The notes beneath the pieces were generated by a model that made no database searches, was not told the origin of the DNA, and was given only the letters and a program-made list of their open reading frames with translations. The position numbers and the translations under genes are program-made. A DNA stretch of 64,000 bases, from sequence record DRR723986_4811, one strand, 5' to 3'. This document shows positions 9,079 through 18,892 of this stretch, piece by piece; the stretch's first letter is position 1, and the number at the start of each line of letters is the position of its first letter.

Positions 9079-10977
9079 GTGACAACCATGAACAAACCAG
9101 AATTGACACAAAAAACCAAGGCCGGCCTGGCTGCACTCACCTTGGGTGCGATTGGTGTGGTGTATGGCGACATCGGTACAAGCCCTCTTTACACAGTCAA
9201 AGAGGTGTTCGGTGAAAACAGTGGAGTACCCCTGAATCCGGAAAACCTGACCGGTGCTATTTCCGTGATTTTCTGGGCATTGATGTTGGTGGTCACTTTG
9301 AAGTATGTGATCCTGATCTTGAAAGCGGACAACAACGGCGAGGGGGGTGGTCTGGCGCTGACCGCATTGGCCTCGGAAGCAGTTCGAAAAAACCCGAAAC
9401 TGAAAACCGTGTTGCTCTTGATCGGCGTATTTGGTGCGACTTTGTTTTATGGCGACAGCGTCATTACCCCAGCCATTTCGGTGTTGGGTGCCATGGAAGG
9501 GCTAACGCTGATTACACCCACTTTAACGCCTTACATTATTCCGCTCAGTGTGTTGATCCTGATTGGCCTTTTTGCTGTGCAGCGTTATGGAACCTCTGTG
9601 GTGGGTCGTTTCTTTGGGCCGATTATTGTGCTGTGGTTTGCCACCTTGGGCGCAGTGGGTGTGATTAATATTGCGAATGCACCGGAAATTCTGCATGCCC
9701 TGAACCCTGTACATGGTATTCAATTCATTCTGGATCGCGGTTGGGGTTTGTTTGCCGCGTTTGGCGCAATTGTGCTGGCTTTGACTGGTGCAGAGGCGCT
9801 GTATGCTGACATGGGCCACTTTGGTAAAAAACCGATTCGCCTGGCCTGGACGTTTTTGGTGTTTCCGTGTTTGGCCTTAAATTACTTGGGGCAGGGCGCG
9901 TTGCTGATTGCCGACCCGGCCGCCATTGAAAATCCGTTCTACCGTTCTTTCCCCGATGCCTGGGTAATCCCCGTGCTTTGCCTGGCCACCATGGCTGCAA
10001 TTATTGCATCACAGGCTGTTATCTCTGGTGCTTATTCCATGAGCAAGCAGGCCATTCAACTGGGCTTTTTGCCGCGCATGAAAATTCAATACACTTCGGC
10101 GAAAGAGTCGGGCCAAATTTACATGCCTGCTGTGAACTGGCTGTTGCTGACAGGTGTGTTAATGGCGGTGCTGATGTTTCAGAACTCATCTAACCTGGCC
10201 GGCGCCTATGGCATTGCAGTGACGCTGACCATGCTGATTACCACCACGCTGACTTATTTTGTGATTCGCCACAGCTGGGGTTTGCCAGCGTGGTTGTCGG
10301 TGGGCGCAACCATTTTCTTTATTCTGATCGACATGCTGCTCGTGATCAGTTGCGCATTCAAGTTGTTCGATGGAGGCTGGTTTCCAATCGTATTAGGCTT
10401 GGCGCTGTTTGTTGTTATGTCCACCTGGTGGCGAGGCCGAAAACTGCTGATGAAAAGCATTCAGAAAGACGGCATTGATTTGAACGATTTTTTGCCCACG
10501 CTGAATGTGGATCAGATTAACCGCGCCTATCGCACCGCAGTGTATCCAGTGGCCGACCCTGACAAAGTACCCATGGCTCTTCTGCACAACTTGAAACACA
10601 ACCAAGTGTTGCATGCATCGAATGTGATTTTGACGGTGGTGTTTGAGAGTGTGCCGTGGGTTAGCAATTTGAACCGGGTTGAAGTGAAATCGCTAAGCCG
10701 TGGTTTCTGGCAGGTGACTGTGCGTTACGGTTTCATGAATACGCCCGACATTCCCAAGGCGCTGGAGTTGACCGATGAGGTTGGGCTTAAGATTTCCCTG
10801 TTCGAAACCACCTATTTTTTAAGCCGGGAAACTGTAGTGCCAACCGCGGGCTCAGGCATGGCGAAATGGCGCGAGCAACTGTTTGCAACCATGAGTCGTA
10901 ATGCCGGTGGTGTGGTGGATTACTTCCGGTTGCCTTCAAATGCTGTAGTGGAGTTGGGTACACGGGTACAGATTTGA
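9079..10977 (+). CDS. kup: KUP/HAK/KT potassium transporter (start could be ATG 9088)
   Basis: [41 protein letters not shown] motifs. Confidence 0.96.
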   Translation: MTTMNKPELTQKTKAGLAALTLGAIGVVYGDIGTSPLYTVKEVFGENSGVPLNPENLTGAISVIFWALMLVVTLKYVILILKADNNGEGGGLALTALASEAVRKNPKLKTVLLLIGVFGATLFYGDSVITPAISVLGAMEGLTLITPTLTPYIIPLSVLILIGLFAVQRYGTSVVGRFFGPIIVLWFATLGAVGVINIANAPEILHALNPVHGIQFILDRGWGLFAAFGAIVLALTGAEALYADMGHFGKKPIRLAWTFLVFPCLALNYLGQGALLIADPAAIENPFYRSFPDAWVIPVLCLATMAAIIASQAVISGAYSMSKQAIQLGFLPRMKIQYTSAKESGQIYMPAVNWLLLTGVLMAVLMFQNSSNLAGAYGIAVTLTMLITTTLTYFVIRHSWGLPAWLSVGATIFFILIDMLLVISCAFKLFDGGWFPIVLGLALFVVMSTWWRGRKLLMKSIQKDGIDLNDFLPTLNVDQINRAYRTAVYPVADPDKVPMALLHNLKHNQVLHASNVILTVVFESVPWVSNLNRVEVKSLSRGFWQVTVRYGFMNTPDIPKALELTDEVGLKISLFETTYFLSRETVVPTAGSGMAKWREQLFATMSRNAGGVVDYFRLPSNAVVELGTRVQI

Positions 10978-11035
10978 TCCGTGCCCTATAATTGGGCCTT
11001 CGTGTTTCCACTCATTCTTGTTGCCGCTTACTGTG

Positions 11036-12289
11036 ATGAAATTGAATAATTCGAGCAAGACTGTGGCAGTGGTGGGTGGCGGTCCTGCAGGCCTGATGGC
11101 CGCAGAGGTGCTTAGCGATGCGGGCGTGCAAGTGGATGTGTTTGATGCAATGCCATCGTTTGGCCGCAAGTTTTTGCTGGCCGGCATTGGTGGTTTGAAC
11201 ATTACTCACAGTGAGGACTATTCAAAATTCTGCAGCCGCTATGCCGACAAACAACCTCATCTACAAACTACGCTTGATCTTTTCACCCCCGAGCAGTTGT
11301 GCGCGTGGGTACATGGCCTGGGTATTGAAACCTTTGTTGGCACTTCAGGCCGGGTATTTCCGAAAGAAATGAAAGCCGCTCCCATGTTGCGTGCCTGGCT
11401 GCACCGCCTGAGAGGCAAGGGCGTGCGCATGCACGTGCGTCACAGGTGGCAAGGTTGGGGGGTGCAAGGGCAGTTGCAGTTTAAGACACCGGGCGGCCTC
11501 ATTGAACATTTGCCCACGGCTACAGTGCTCGCGCTGGGTGGGGCCAGTTGGCCGAAGTTGGGATCTGACGGAGCCTGGGTGCCTTGGCTGCGCGGCGCAG
11601 GGGTGGAAGTTGCCGATCTTGAAAGCGCGAATTGCGGCTTTGAAGTGAATTGGAGCGATTACCTGCGCGAGAAGTTTGCCGGTGCACCACTGAAATCGGT
11701 CGCCTTGAAATTCACCAGCGTACAGGGCCATGTAGTTGAGCGACAGGGTGAAATGGTTATTGGCCGGCATGGTGTGGAAGGCAGCCTTGTGTATGCATTC
11801 TCACGTGAAATTCGTCAGTGTTTGAATGCACAGGGTAGCGCCACTTTCTTGCTTGACTTGTTGCCCGGGCGTAGCGCGGATCGCGTTCGATCCGAAGTGG
11901 CAGGGTGGGCACGAAGCAGTCAATCCATGTCCAGTTATTTCAAAAGCAAGCTGGGCATTGCAGGCGTGAAATTGGCATTGTTGCATGAGGTCTTGGGTAA
12001 AGATGATTTCAGAAATATCGATCAGGTTGTCGCAACGATCAAGGAACTACCCATCACTGTTCACGCTACGCGGCCTATTGATGAAGCCATCAGCACGGCG
12101 GGTGGCGTGCGCTTTGAAGGCATGGACAGCAATTACATGTTGAGCAACAAGCCCGGCACTTTTGCCGCAGGTGAAATGCTGGACTGGGAGGCACCTACAG
12201 GTGGTTATTTGCTCACTGCCTGTTTTGCAACAGGAATGGCTGCCGGGCAAGGTGTGTTGCGCTGGTTGAATGATTCATCTACGGATTGA
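11036..12289 (+). CDS. BaiN/HI0933-family NAD(P)/FAD-dependent flavoprotein
   Basis: GGGPAGL, GRKFLLAG.GGLN.TH, GRVFP, AISTAGGV, GEMLDWEAPTGGYLL. Confidence 0.9.
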   Translation: MKLNNSSKTVAVVGGGPAGLMAAEVLSDAGVQVDVFDAMPSFGRKFLLAGIGGLNITHSEDYSKFCSRYADKQPHLQTTLDLFTPEQLCAWVHGLGIETFVGTSGRVFPKEMKAAPMLRAWLHRLRGKGVRMHVRHRWQGWGVQGQLQFKTPGGLIEHLPTATVLALGGASWPKLGSDGAWVPWLRGAGVEVADLESANCGFEVNWSDYLREKFAGAPLKSVALKFTSVQGHVVERQGEMVIGRHGVEGSLVYAFSREIRQCLNAQGSATFLLDLLPGRSADRVRSEVAGWARSSQSMSSYFKSKLGIAGVKLALLHEVLGKDDFRNIDQVVATIKELPITVHATRPIDEAISTAGGVRFEGMDSNYMLSNKPGTFAAGEMLDWEAPTGGYLLTACFATGMAAGQGVLRWLNDSSTD

Positions 12290-12995
12290 TGAAAGTAATC
12301 ATGTTCTGCCAACTCAGGCTTTTTGCTTTTTCATATTTCAGCCCCAGGTCTTCGGCTTCTTTCTGAACCTGTGCAACGCTCATGGTATGAAGCGCTTTGA
12401 TCGGTACATCGGGATCAAAGGCACGGTATTCCACAAATACAATTTTTCCGCCCCTTTTTACCGCTCTCATCAATGATTGAAGCGTCTCGCGTGGGTATTC
12501 AAGCTCGTGGTACACATCTACCATGATTGCTACATCCAATATTCGGTCGGGCAGGTTCAGGTTCTTCTCGCTGGACTGCCGAATTTGCAGTCGGCCTTTG
12601 GGCAAACTCTCTGCCTTCTTTTGTAGCATCTTGATCATTTGCGGTTGAATATCGACCGCCCAAACAACTCCATCGGGCGCAATTCTTTCAGTCATCATGG
12701 TCGAAATATGCCCGGTGCCAGCGCCGATGTCACCCACCACCATGCCGGGTTTTAAATTCAATTTTTGGATCAGTAAATCAGTGCGCTCTTCTTGAAGACG
12801 CTGTGGCCGCTCAAGCCAGGATGCGCCTTGCCAGCCCATGACCTTCGAAATATGGCGATCACAATAAGATTTGCCGATGCCATCAGGGTGGGGATTGGGT
12901 ATGGGGGCGTAGTTACAGGCAGCCCAGCTTGGCGGACCAAGCAGCAAGCCGATGAGGAGAATAAATACCCGAAGACTGGAGGTGGTGTGTTTCAT
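12279..12995 (-). CDS. Class I SAM-dependent methyltransferase with a predicted signal peptide
   Basis: DIGAGTG motif I, VDIQ, DVYHEL; hydrophobic N-terminus ending in SWAA. Confidence 0.85.
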   Translation of the reverse strand: MKHTTSSLRVFILLIGLLLGPPSWAACNYAPIPNPHPDGIGKSYCDRHISKVMGWQGASWLERPQRLQEERTDLLIQKLNLKPGMVVGDIGAGTGHISTMMTERIAPDGVVWAVDIQPQMIKMLQKKAESLPKGRLQIRQSSEKNLNLPDRILDVAIMVDVYHELEYPRETLQSLMRAVKRGGKIVFVEYRAFDPDVPIKALHTMSVAQVQKEAEDLGLKYEKAKSLSWQNMITFINP

Positions 12996-13111
12996 TCTCA
13001 AATTCCAACATGATTTTCTGTTCTTGAAAAGAGATCGTCGTATCGGTGCCATCTAACGGCCAGACTTGGGCAATAATCGAAAGGTCTATTACTGCTGCAG
13101 CCAAGTGCACC

Positions 13112-14023
13112 ATGATTGTTCGACCCCGCCCCCGTGCGTATCAGCTCCTATTCATCCTTCGTGGTTCCGTGGTTCGTCACATTGCCTGGAAAGTGTTGGC
13201 AGTTGCAGTGTTGTCATGCCTTGTGGTGTGGTGGTCCCATGGAGAACCCATAGAATTCCTGAACGCCGGCCTGGGTACCTTTTCCATTTTGGGTTTGGCG
13301 TTATCAGTATTTTTAGGTTTCAGAAACAATGCCTGCTACGATCGTTGGTGGGAGGCACGCAAGCATTGGGGCGATTTGATCGTGCATTCCCGTAATTTGG
13401 CCCGGGAGCTTGCAGCACTGTTTCCAAATGTGGCCCAGCGCGAAGTTTTGGTCAGTTTGTTGATTGGGTTTTCTCATGCTTTGGCCGCCCGTCTTCGTGA
13501 TCAAGATGAAGCACAGGCGGTTTCGAAATGGCTGAATGAATCTGAGAAAACATCGATAAAGAAGTCCCGCAATGTGCCCAATGCGGTTCTGCAGTCATTT
13601 GATGCACGCTTGGCGGACTTTTACCGTCAAGGTTTGATTTCTGACATCGTGTATCAAATTCTGAGCCAGAAGGTGAGTGCGCTGGCCGCTGTGCAGGGGG
13701 CATGCGAACGCATAAAAACTACGCCAACACCCTTTGCATATTCCCTGTTGTTAAGGCGTACCGCATGGTTGTTCTGTTTACTGCTTCCTTTTTCACTGGC
13801 ACCCAGCCTAAATTTTTTGACCCCCTTGATTGTGGCTACCATTGCATACACCTTTTTTGGTCTTGATTACCTGGGCGATGAATTGGAGGAACCGTTTGGA
13901 CTGCTCGACAACGACTTGCCTTTGAATGCACTGGTTCGTGTCATTGAAGTGGACTTGCTGGAAAGCCTGAACAAAGAAGATTTGCCTCCCAATTTAACTC
14001 CGGTGAATTATCTGCTGCAGTAA
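13112..14023 (+). CDS. Bestrophin family (YneE-like) channel
   Basis: MIVRP start, FRNNACYDRWWEARKHWG, CERIKTTPTPFAY, ELEEPFG...NDLPL. Confidence 0.92.
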   Translation: MIVRPRPRAYQLLFILRGSVVRHIAWKVLAVAVLSCLVVWWSHGEPIEFLNAGLGTFSILGLALSVFLGFRNNACYDRWWEARKHWGDLIVHSRNLARELAALFPNVAQREVLVSLLIGFSHALAARLRDQDEAQAVSKWLNESEKTSIKKSRNVPNAVLQSFDARLADFYRQGLISDIVYQILSQKVSALAAVQGACERIKTTPTPFAYSLLLRRTAWLFCLLLPFSLAPSLNFLTPLIVATIAYTFFGLDYLGDELEEPFGLLDNDLPLNALVRVIEVDLLESLNKEDLPPNLTPVNYLLQ

Positions 14024-14084
14024 CGGTGTGGATCGCTTGGCAGGTCTATGATTAAAACGACAAGCAATTTGGAGACAACAAACG

Positions 14085-14924
14085 ATGAACAACTTCAGCG
14101 GTAAAACCGCCGTCATTACCGGGGCGGCTAGCGGCATTGGCTTGGCGTTGACCAGGCATGCTGCAGCGCAGGGTATGAAGGTTGTGTTGGCCGATATTGA
14201 TGAACCAGCACTTTTGGCAGCAACTGAACAACTGAACTTGCCCGCAGACCGCATGTTGGCTGTGCGTACCGATGTACGTCACGCAGCAGAAATCAAGGCA
14301 CTGGCTGATGCGGCGTATGACCGGTTCAATGGTGTGCACCTGTTGTTCAACAACGCAGGTGTCGCTTTAGCGCGCACCACTTGTGAACACACAGTGGCCG
14401 ATTGGGAATGGATTCTGCAAGTGAATTTGTGGAGTGTGGTGCACGGCATATCGGAGTTCCTGCCGCGCATGCAGGCGCAAGGTGGCCCTGCGCACATCGT
14501 CAACACCGCGTCAGTCGCGGGCCTGGTGTCCAACCCCGGTATGGCGGCCTACAACGTCAGCAAACATGGCGTGGTTACGCTGAGCGAGACCTTGAGCCTT
14601 GAATTGCAAATGACCCAATCGCCGATTGGTGTTTCTTTGTTATGCCCGGCTTGGGTGCCCACCGGTATTGGAAATTCCGAGCGCAACCGGCCCAGTGATG
14701 TGGCACAAACCAAGCCGATTGAAGGTTTGACGGCGCAGTTGAACAAACGCATTGGGAAAGCCATTGCCAGCGGGCAATTGACTGCGGATGACATGGCAGT
14801 AGAAACGTTCAATGCAATTGCTGAAAAGCGTTTCTACGTGATTCCGCACAACTACATGTTCCCGGTGATTGAAACCCGGATGCAAGAAATTCTGAGTCAG
14901 CAAAACCCGACGCTGCCCAAATAA
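14085..14924 (+). CDS. SDR family oxidoreductase
   Basis: TGAASGIG, NNAG, YNVSK. Confidence 0.92.
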   Translation: MNNFSGKTAVITGAASGIGLALTRHAAAQGMKVVLADIDEPALLAATEQLNLPADRMLAVRTDVRHAAEIKALADAAYDRFNGVHLLFNNAGVALARTTCEHTVADWEWILQVNLWSVVHGISEFLPRMQAQGGPAHIVNTASVAGLVSNPGMAAYNVSKHGVVTLSETLSLELQMTQSPIGVSLLCPAWVPTGIGNSERNRPSDVAQTKPIEGLTAQLNKRIGKAIASGQLTADDMAVETFNAIAEKRFYVIPHNYMFPVIETRMQEILSQQNPTLPK

Positions 14925-14947
14925 AAAAGTAAAGAGGAGAAAAAACG

Positions 14948-15928
14948 ATGAAAGCATTGATGTGCAACAGCCTGGGTTTGCCCAACACCTTGGTGTTCCA
15001 GGAAACAGCCGACCCGCAGCCGGGGCCTGGCCAAGTGGTGGTGGACATGAAAGCAGCCGGTGTCAATTTTCCGGATGCGCTGATTATTCAGGGCAAATAC
15101 CAGTTCAAACCTGCGTTGCCGTTTGCGCCAGGCGCTGAATTGGCAGGTGTGGTGGCTGCGCTCGGTGAGGGCGTAAAGAATGTGAAAGTGGGTGATCGTG
15201 TGATTGCCATGTGCACCCATGGTGCCTTCGCCGAGAAGGTGCTGGTGCAGGCCAAGCAGATCATTCCCATGCCGCCCGTAATCAGTTTCGAAACGGCTGC
15301 ATCCTTCATTCTGGCCTATGGTACTTCCTACCATGCACTGAAGGGCCGTGCCCAATTGAAAGAAGGTGAGACCCTGTTGGTGTTGGGTGCTGCGGGTGGT
15401 GTAGGCCTGGCTGCGATTCAAATTGCTAAAGCCTTGGGTGCCAAAGTGATTGCTGCGGCATCCAGTGCTGAAAAACTGGCCATTTGCAAAGAAAACGGTG
15501 CTGATGAGCTGATCAATTACAGCACCGAAGATTTGCGCGACCGTGTGAAAGAACTCACCGCCGGGAAAGGTCCGAATGTCATTTTTGATCCTGTGGGTGG
15601 CAAGTTTGCCGAGCCTGCGTTCCGAAGCATAGGCTGGAACGGACGCTATCTGGTGATCGGTTTTGCAGACGGTGACATTCCCAGTATTCCGTTGAACCTG
15701 CCCCTATTGAAAGGCGCATCAATTGTGGGTGTATTTTGGGGTGAGTTTGTGAATCGTCAGTTGTTTGACTTCATCAGAGACCTGGGCGAAATGTTTGCCT
15801 TGATCGAAGAGGGCAAACTGAAACCCTTGGTGTCCAAGGTATATTCACTCGCGCAGGGCGCTCAGGCCCTGCAGGATTTGCTCGACCGGAAAGTGGTGGG
15901 CAAGGTGGTGATTACTGCCAATGGCTGA
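14948..15928 (+). CDS. NADPH:quinone oxidoreductase (MDR/zeta-crystallin family)
   Basis: GVNFPD..IIQGKYQ.KP.LPFAPG, GAAGGVG. Confidence 0.92.
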   Translation: MKALMCNSLGLPNTLVFQETADPQPGPGQVVVDMKAAGVNFPDALIIQGKYQFKPALPFAPGAELAGVVAALGEGVKNVKVGDRVIAMCTHGAFAEKVLVQAKQIIPMPPVISFETAASFILAYGTSYHALKGRAQLKEGETLLVLGAAGGVGLAAIQIAKALGAKVIAAASSAEKLAICKENGADELINYSTEDLRDRVKELTAGKGPNVIFDPVGGKFAEPAFRSIGWNGRYLVIGFADGDIPSIPLNLPLLKGASIVGVFWGEFVNRQLFDFIRDLGEMFALIEEGKLKPLVSKVYSLAQGAQALQDLLDRKVVGKVVITANG

Positions 15929-15933
15929 TTTTC

Positions 15934-16332
15934 TTAAGTGGTGTAGTCACCACTGGCCTCGGGCTGAAACAATATTTCCTTTACCATGGCGAAATGTTGT
16001 TCCCCGTTGGGGGTTGCCCATTGGGCCAATGTGCCTGCCTTGCGCCCTAGCAGACTGGCACCTGCAGGTGACAACACCGAAATAAAGCCCTTCGCGGGTT
16101 CAGCATCGCTTGGGTAACACAACATCAGTTTGTTACTCGAGCCACTTTCTGTTTCGACAATCGTAAACAGGCTGTTCATGGTAATGACATCAGCAGGCAT
16201 TTCCTGCGGTTTGATCACTTCTGCATCATCAATGGCCTCCCGTAACTCGGGCGGAAACGGTGCATTCAATTTGTTGATGCGAGCCAGGTCCAGCTCATTC
16301 ATCCATCTTTCGGACATGTGTAATTTGTTCAT
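15934..16332 (-). CDS. rnk: Rnk / GreA-GreB C-terminal family protein (regulator of nucleoside diphosphate kinase)
   Basis: DVITMNS, L.YP..A......ISVLSPAGASLLG, ILFQPEASG. Confidence 0.85.
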   Translation of the reverse strand: MNKLHMSERWMNELDLARINKLNAPFPPELREAIDDAEVIKPQEMPADVITMNSLFTIVETESGSSNKLMLCYPSDAEPAKGFISVLSPAGASLLGRKAGTLAQWATPNGEQHFAMVKEILFQPEASGDYTT

Positions 16333-16394
16333 GGTTCAACGCTCAGGCTGTTGCGCTTGAGGTGTGCCCGGCGATGCGAATTTTGTGCGCGTAA

Positions 16395-16523
16395 TCAGAG
16401 GGAGGTGGGTGATCGCCGGGCTGAGGAATCTGCGGCCGGCGGACAGACATGCACGCGGCCGCACGCCTTGCTGTTCAGCAAAGTATGCAGTGAGGCTGCG
16501 GTGAGTCGGTTATGTGTAATCAT
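16395..16523 (-). CDS. Putative 42-aa leader peptide (uORF) upstream of rnk
   Basis: Read manually as MITHNRLTAASLHTLLNSKACGRVHVCPPAADSSARRSPTSL*; its 3' end overlaps one arm of a 10-bp inverted repeat. Confidence 0.3.
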   Translation of the reverse strand: MITHNRLTAASLHTLLNSKACGRVHVCPPAADSSARRSPTSL

Positions 16524-16554
16524 GGCCGAATGTTAGGCTGCTTTGTAGATTCGG

Positions 16555-17184
16555 TCAACTCTTCAATAAACCCTGTGCCGCAAGGGTGTCATCAATCAAC
16601 TCAAGGCGTAGCAAAGGGTTGTCCAAAGCCAGCAATTGCAGCTTGGTGGGTTTGTCCAAGGGCAACAGTTCGCACCAGCGGTTGGCCACCCAGCCACAAT
16701 CCATCAACTTGTACGGTTTGCGAAATGGCAGCTGTTCCTCAGCAATTTCATTTTCATCGATCGAGTTGATCAACCGTGCCAGGGCATTTGCACTGCCTTG
16801 GAGGTAGTCTGGAATTTCAACCACCGGGTCGGCTGGCAAGGTTTGAATTTCGCCCATCCACAAACCGTTCTTCTCTTGCATGGCATTCAATAACTTGAAT
16901 CGCTGGCTGCCCACTGTTGAAATTTCTATCAGCGTGGGAGTCACAAACTCGTGTTTTTCAATGTTGACCAGTGTACCTATCTTGGCCAGTTGAATTTTCT
17001 CGTCGGGGCGGCGCACCTCGTTGCCGTCCAGCAGGCTGACCACACCAAATGGTGTGTTGTCGCGCAGGCATTTTTTCATCAAGTCGAGATACCGAACCTC
17101 AAAAATTTGAAGATTTAAAACACCTTGTGGGAACAACACTGTGGCGAGCGGAAACAGTGGCATGGCCGCTTTTGACATGATCAA
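16555..17184 (-). CDS. Lon N-terminal substrate-binding domain protein
   Basis: MPLFPLATVLFP.G.L.LQIFEVRYLD..K.C, WVANRWCELLPL. Confidence 0.9.
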   Translation of the reverse strand: MIMSKAAMPLFPLATVLFPQGVLNLQIFEVRYLDLMKKCLRDNTPFGVVSLLDGNEVRRPDEKIQLAKIGTLVNIEKHEFVTPTLIEISTVGSQRFKLLNAMQEKNGLWMGEIQTLPADPVVEIPDYLQGSANALARLINSIDENEIAEEQLPFRKPYKLMDCGWVANRWCELLPLDKPTKLQLLALDNPLLRLELIDDTLAAQGLLKS

Positions 17185-17220
17185 ATTCCTTGGTAATACC
17201 TCTACAACAGACCAAGCATA

Positions 17221-17856
17221 TCAACCCATGGCTTGGATTGCCATCTCTGCACTCAATGCAAGCAAAGTAATTCCCATCAGCAGGCGCTGTGCCAAGAGCC
17301 ATGCGGGTTTTCGGGCCAGGAAATTGGCCATGCTGCCAGAGAATATCGCCATGCAAGCATTCACGCCTGCAAACATCGCGATGAGCAAGCCGCCGTAAAA
17401 AAGCGACTGTTCCAATACCCGGCCTTGTGTTTCGTCAATAAACTGGGGCAGCAAGGTAAGGAAAATCAGCGCCAGTTTCGGGTTAAGCAGGCTGGTTGTT
17501 GCCCCCATGGCAAACAATTTGCCCGAATGCTCTTGAGGTAGCTGTTCACGAATTTCAAGCGGGGAGCGTCCCCCAGGGCGAATCGCATTCCAGCCCAGCC
17601 AGCCCATGTATACCGCACCACATGCACTTAGAATTTGTGCGGCATGGGGCTGTGTTTTAAAAAAGGCGGTAATACCGAAGGCTGCGCCAAACATGTAAAA
17701 AAGATAACCAACTACCACGCCGCCCAGCGAAGTCAACCCGGCGCGTCGCCCTTGCGTAATGGAGCGGGAGATCACATAGATCATGTTGGGGCCAGGCGTG
17801 ATGGACAACAACCCTCCCACCACCAGAAAGGCATACAGAGAACTCAGGTCTTTCAC
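17221..17856 (-). CDS. LysE/RhtB family exporter
   Basis: ITPGPNMIYVISRSITQGRRAG, LLNPK, LPQF. Confidence 0.92.
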   Translation of the reverse strand: MKDLSSLYAFLVVGGLLSITPGPNMIYVISRSITQGRRAGLTSLGGVVVGYLFYMFGAAFGITAFFKTQPHAAQILSACGAVYMGWLGWNAIRPGGRSPLEIREQLPQEHSGKLFAMGATTSLLNPKLALIFLTLLPQFIDETQGRVLEQSLFYGGLLIAMFAGVNACMAIFSGSMANFLARKPAWLLAQRLLMGITLLALSAEMAIQAMG

Positions 17857-17959
17857 TTCAATTGTCCTTGTTGGGTGAATCGCGAAGTGGATTATTCAAC
17901 ACTGGATAAATTTCGTAAAACGAATTAAATTAAATTGATTAATCAGAAAAGCTGATGAA

Positions 17960-18811
17960 ATGAAGAAACTGGATTTGGATGCATTGAGCATGCTGGTGGC
18001 GGTGGCAGATTCCGGCAGTTTCGCGGCAGGCGCAGCATGGGTGCACCGTTCGCCCTCGGCGGTCAGCATGCAAATCAAGGGGCTTGAGGGCCTGCTGGGC
18101 AAGGCCTTGTTTTTGCGCGACACGCGCAACCTGGAGCTGACCGCAGAGGGACACACCTTGCTTGGCTATGCCCGACAAATGCTCGCTTTGCGCGATGAAG
18201 CCTTTGCAGAATTAACCCGGCCAGCTGTGACTGGGCGTGTGAGTATCGGGGTGCCTGATGATTATGCGTCATCTCTGCTGCCGCCTGTGCTACGCAAGTT
18301 TTCTGCTACCTATCCCCGAGTGGAAATACAAGTGATAGGTCGCCCAAGCCATCACATTGCACAAATGGTCAAAGACAATGAAGTGGATCTGGCTGTAATT
18401 ACACGCACCAAGGGTTGTCCGGGCGTGCTGTTGCGCATGGAGCCTTTGGTTTGGGCTGGATCGGCCAGCAACAAAAGTATCTGGAAAGAGCGCCCCTTGC
18501 CCCTTGCCTTGTTTGGTGAGGGCAGTACCGCGCGTGCCCATGCACTGAAAGCTTTGCAGCAGGCAAAAATTCCCTATCGCATGTCGTATGAAAGCCCAGC
18601 CGTGCAAGGACTGGTCAGCATGGTCGATGCGGGCCTCGCGATTGCGCCACTTGCGCAATGCGGCGTGCCCGAGCACTTGGTCCGATTGGGTACAGTTGAA
18701 GGTTTGCCACCTTTGCAGCCTGTGGAGGTGGTGCTGTCCAGAAGCCTGAAATCAAAACGCCCGCCTTGTGACTATTTTGCTGAATTGTTGGTTCAACAGA
18801 TCAGCAACTGA
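17960..18811 (+). CDS. LysR family transcriptional regulator, divergent from the LysE gene
   Basis: GSFAAGA..VHRSPSAVSMQIKGLE..LG..LF.R helix-turn-helix. Confidence 0.93.
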   Translation: MKKLDLDALSMLVAVADSGSFAAGAAWVHRSPSAVSMQIKGLEGLLGKALFLRDTRNLELTAEGHTLLGYARQMLALRDEAFAELTRPAVTGRVSIGVPDDYASSLLPPVLRKFSATYPRVEIQVIGRPSHHIAQMVKDNEVDLAVITRTKGCPGVLLRMEPLVWAGSASNKSIWKERPLPLALFGEGSTARAHALKALQQAKIPYRMSYESPAVQGLVSMVDAGLAIAPLAQCGVPEHLVRLGTVEGLPPLQPVEVVLSRSLKSKRPPCDYFAELLVQQISN

Positions 18812-18892
18812 GTGGGCAAATCAGAACTTGCGTGCATTATTCATGTGTTGCAACTTAAACTGAACTTACTCTAACTACACGGAACCTTGCTC

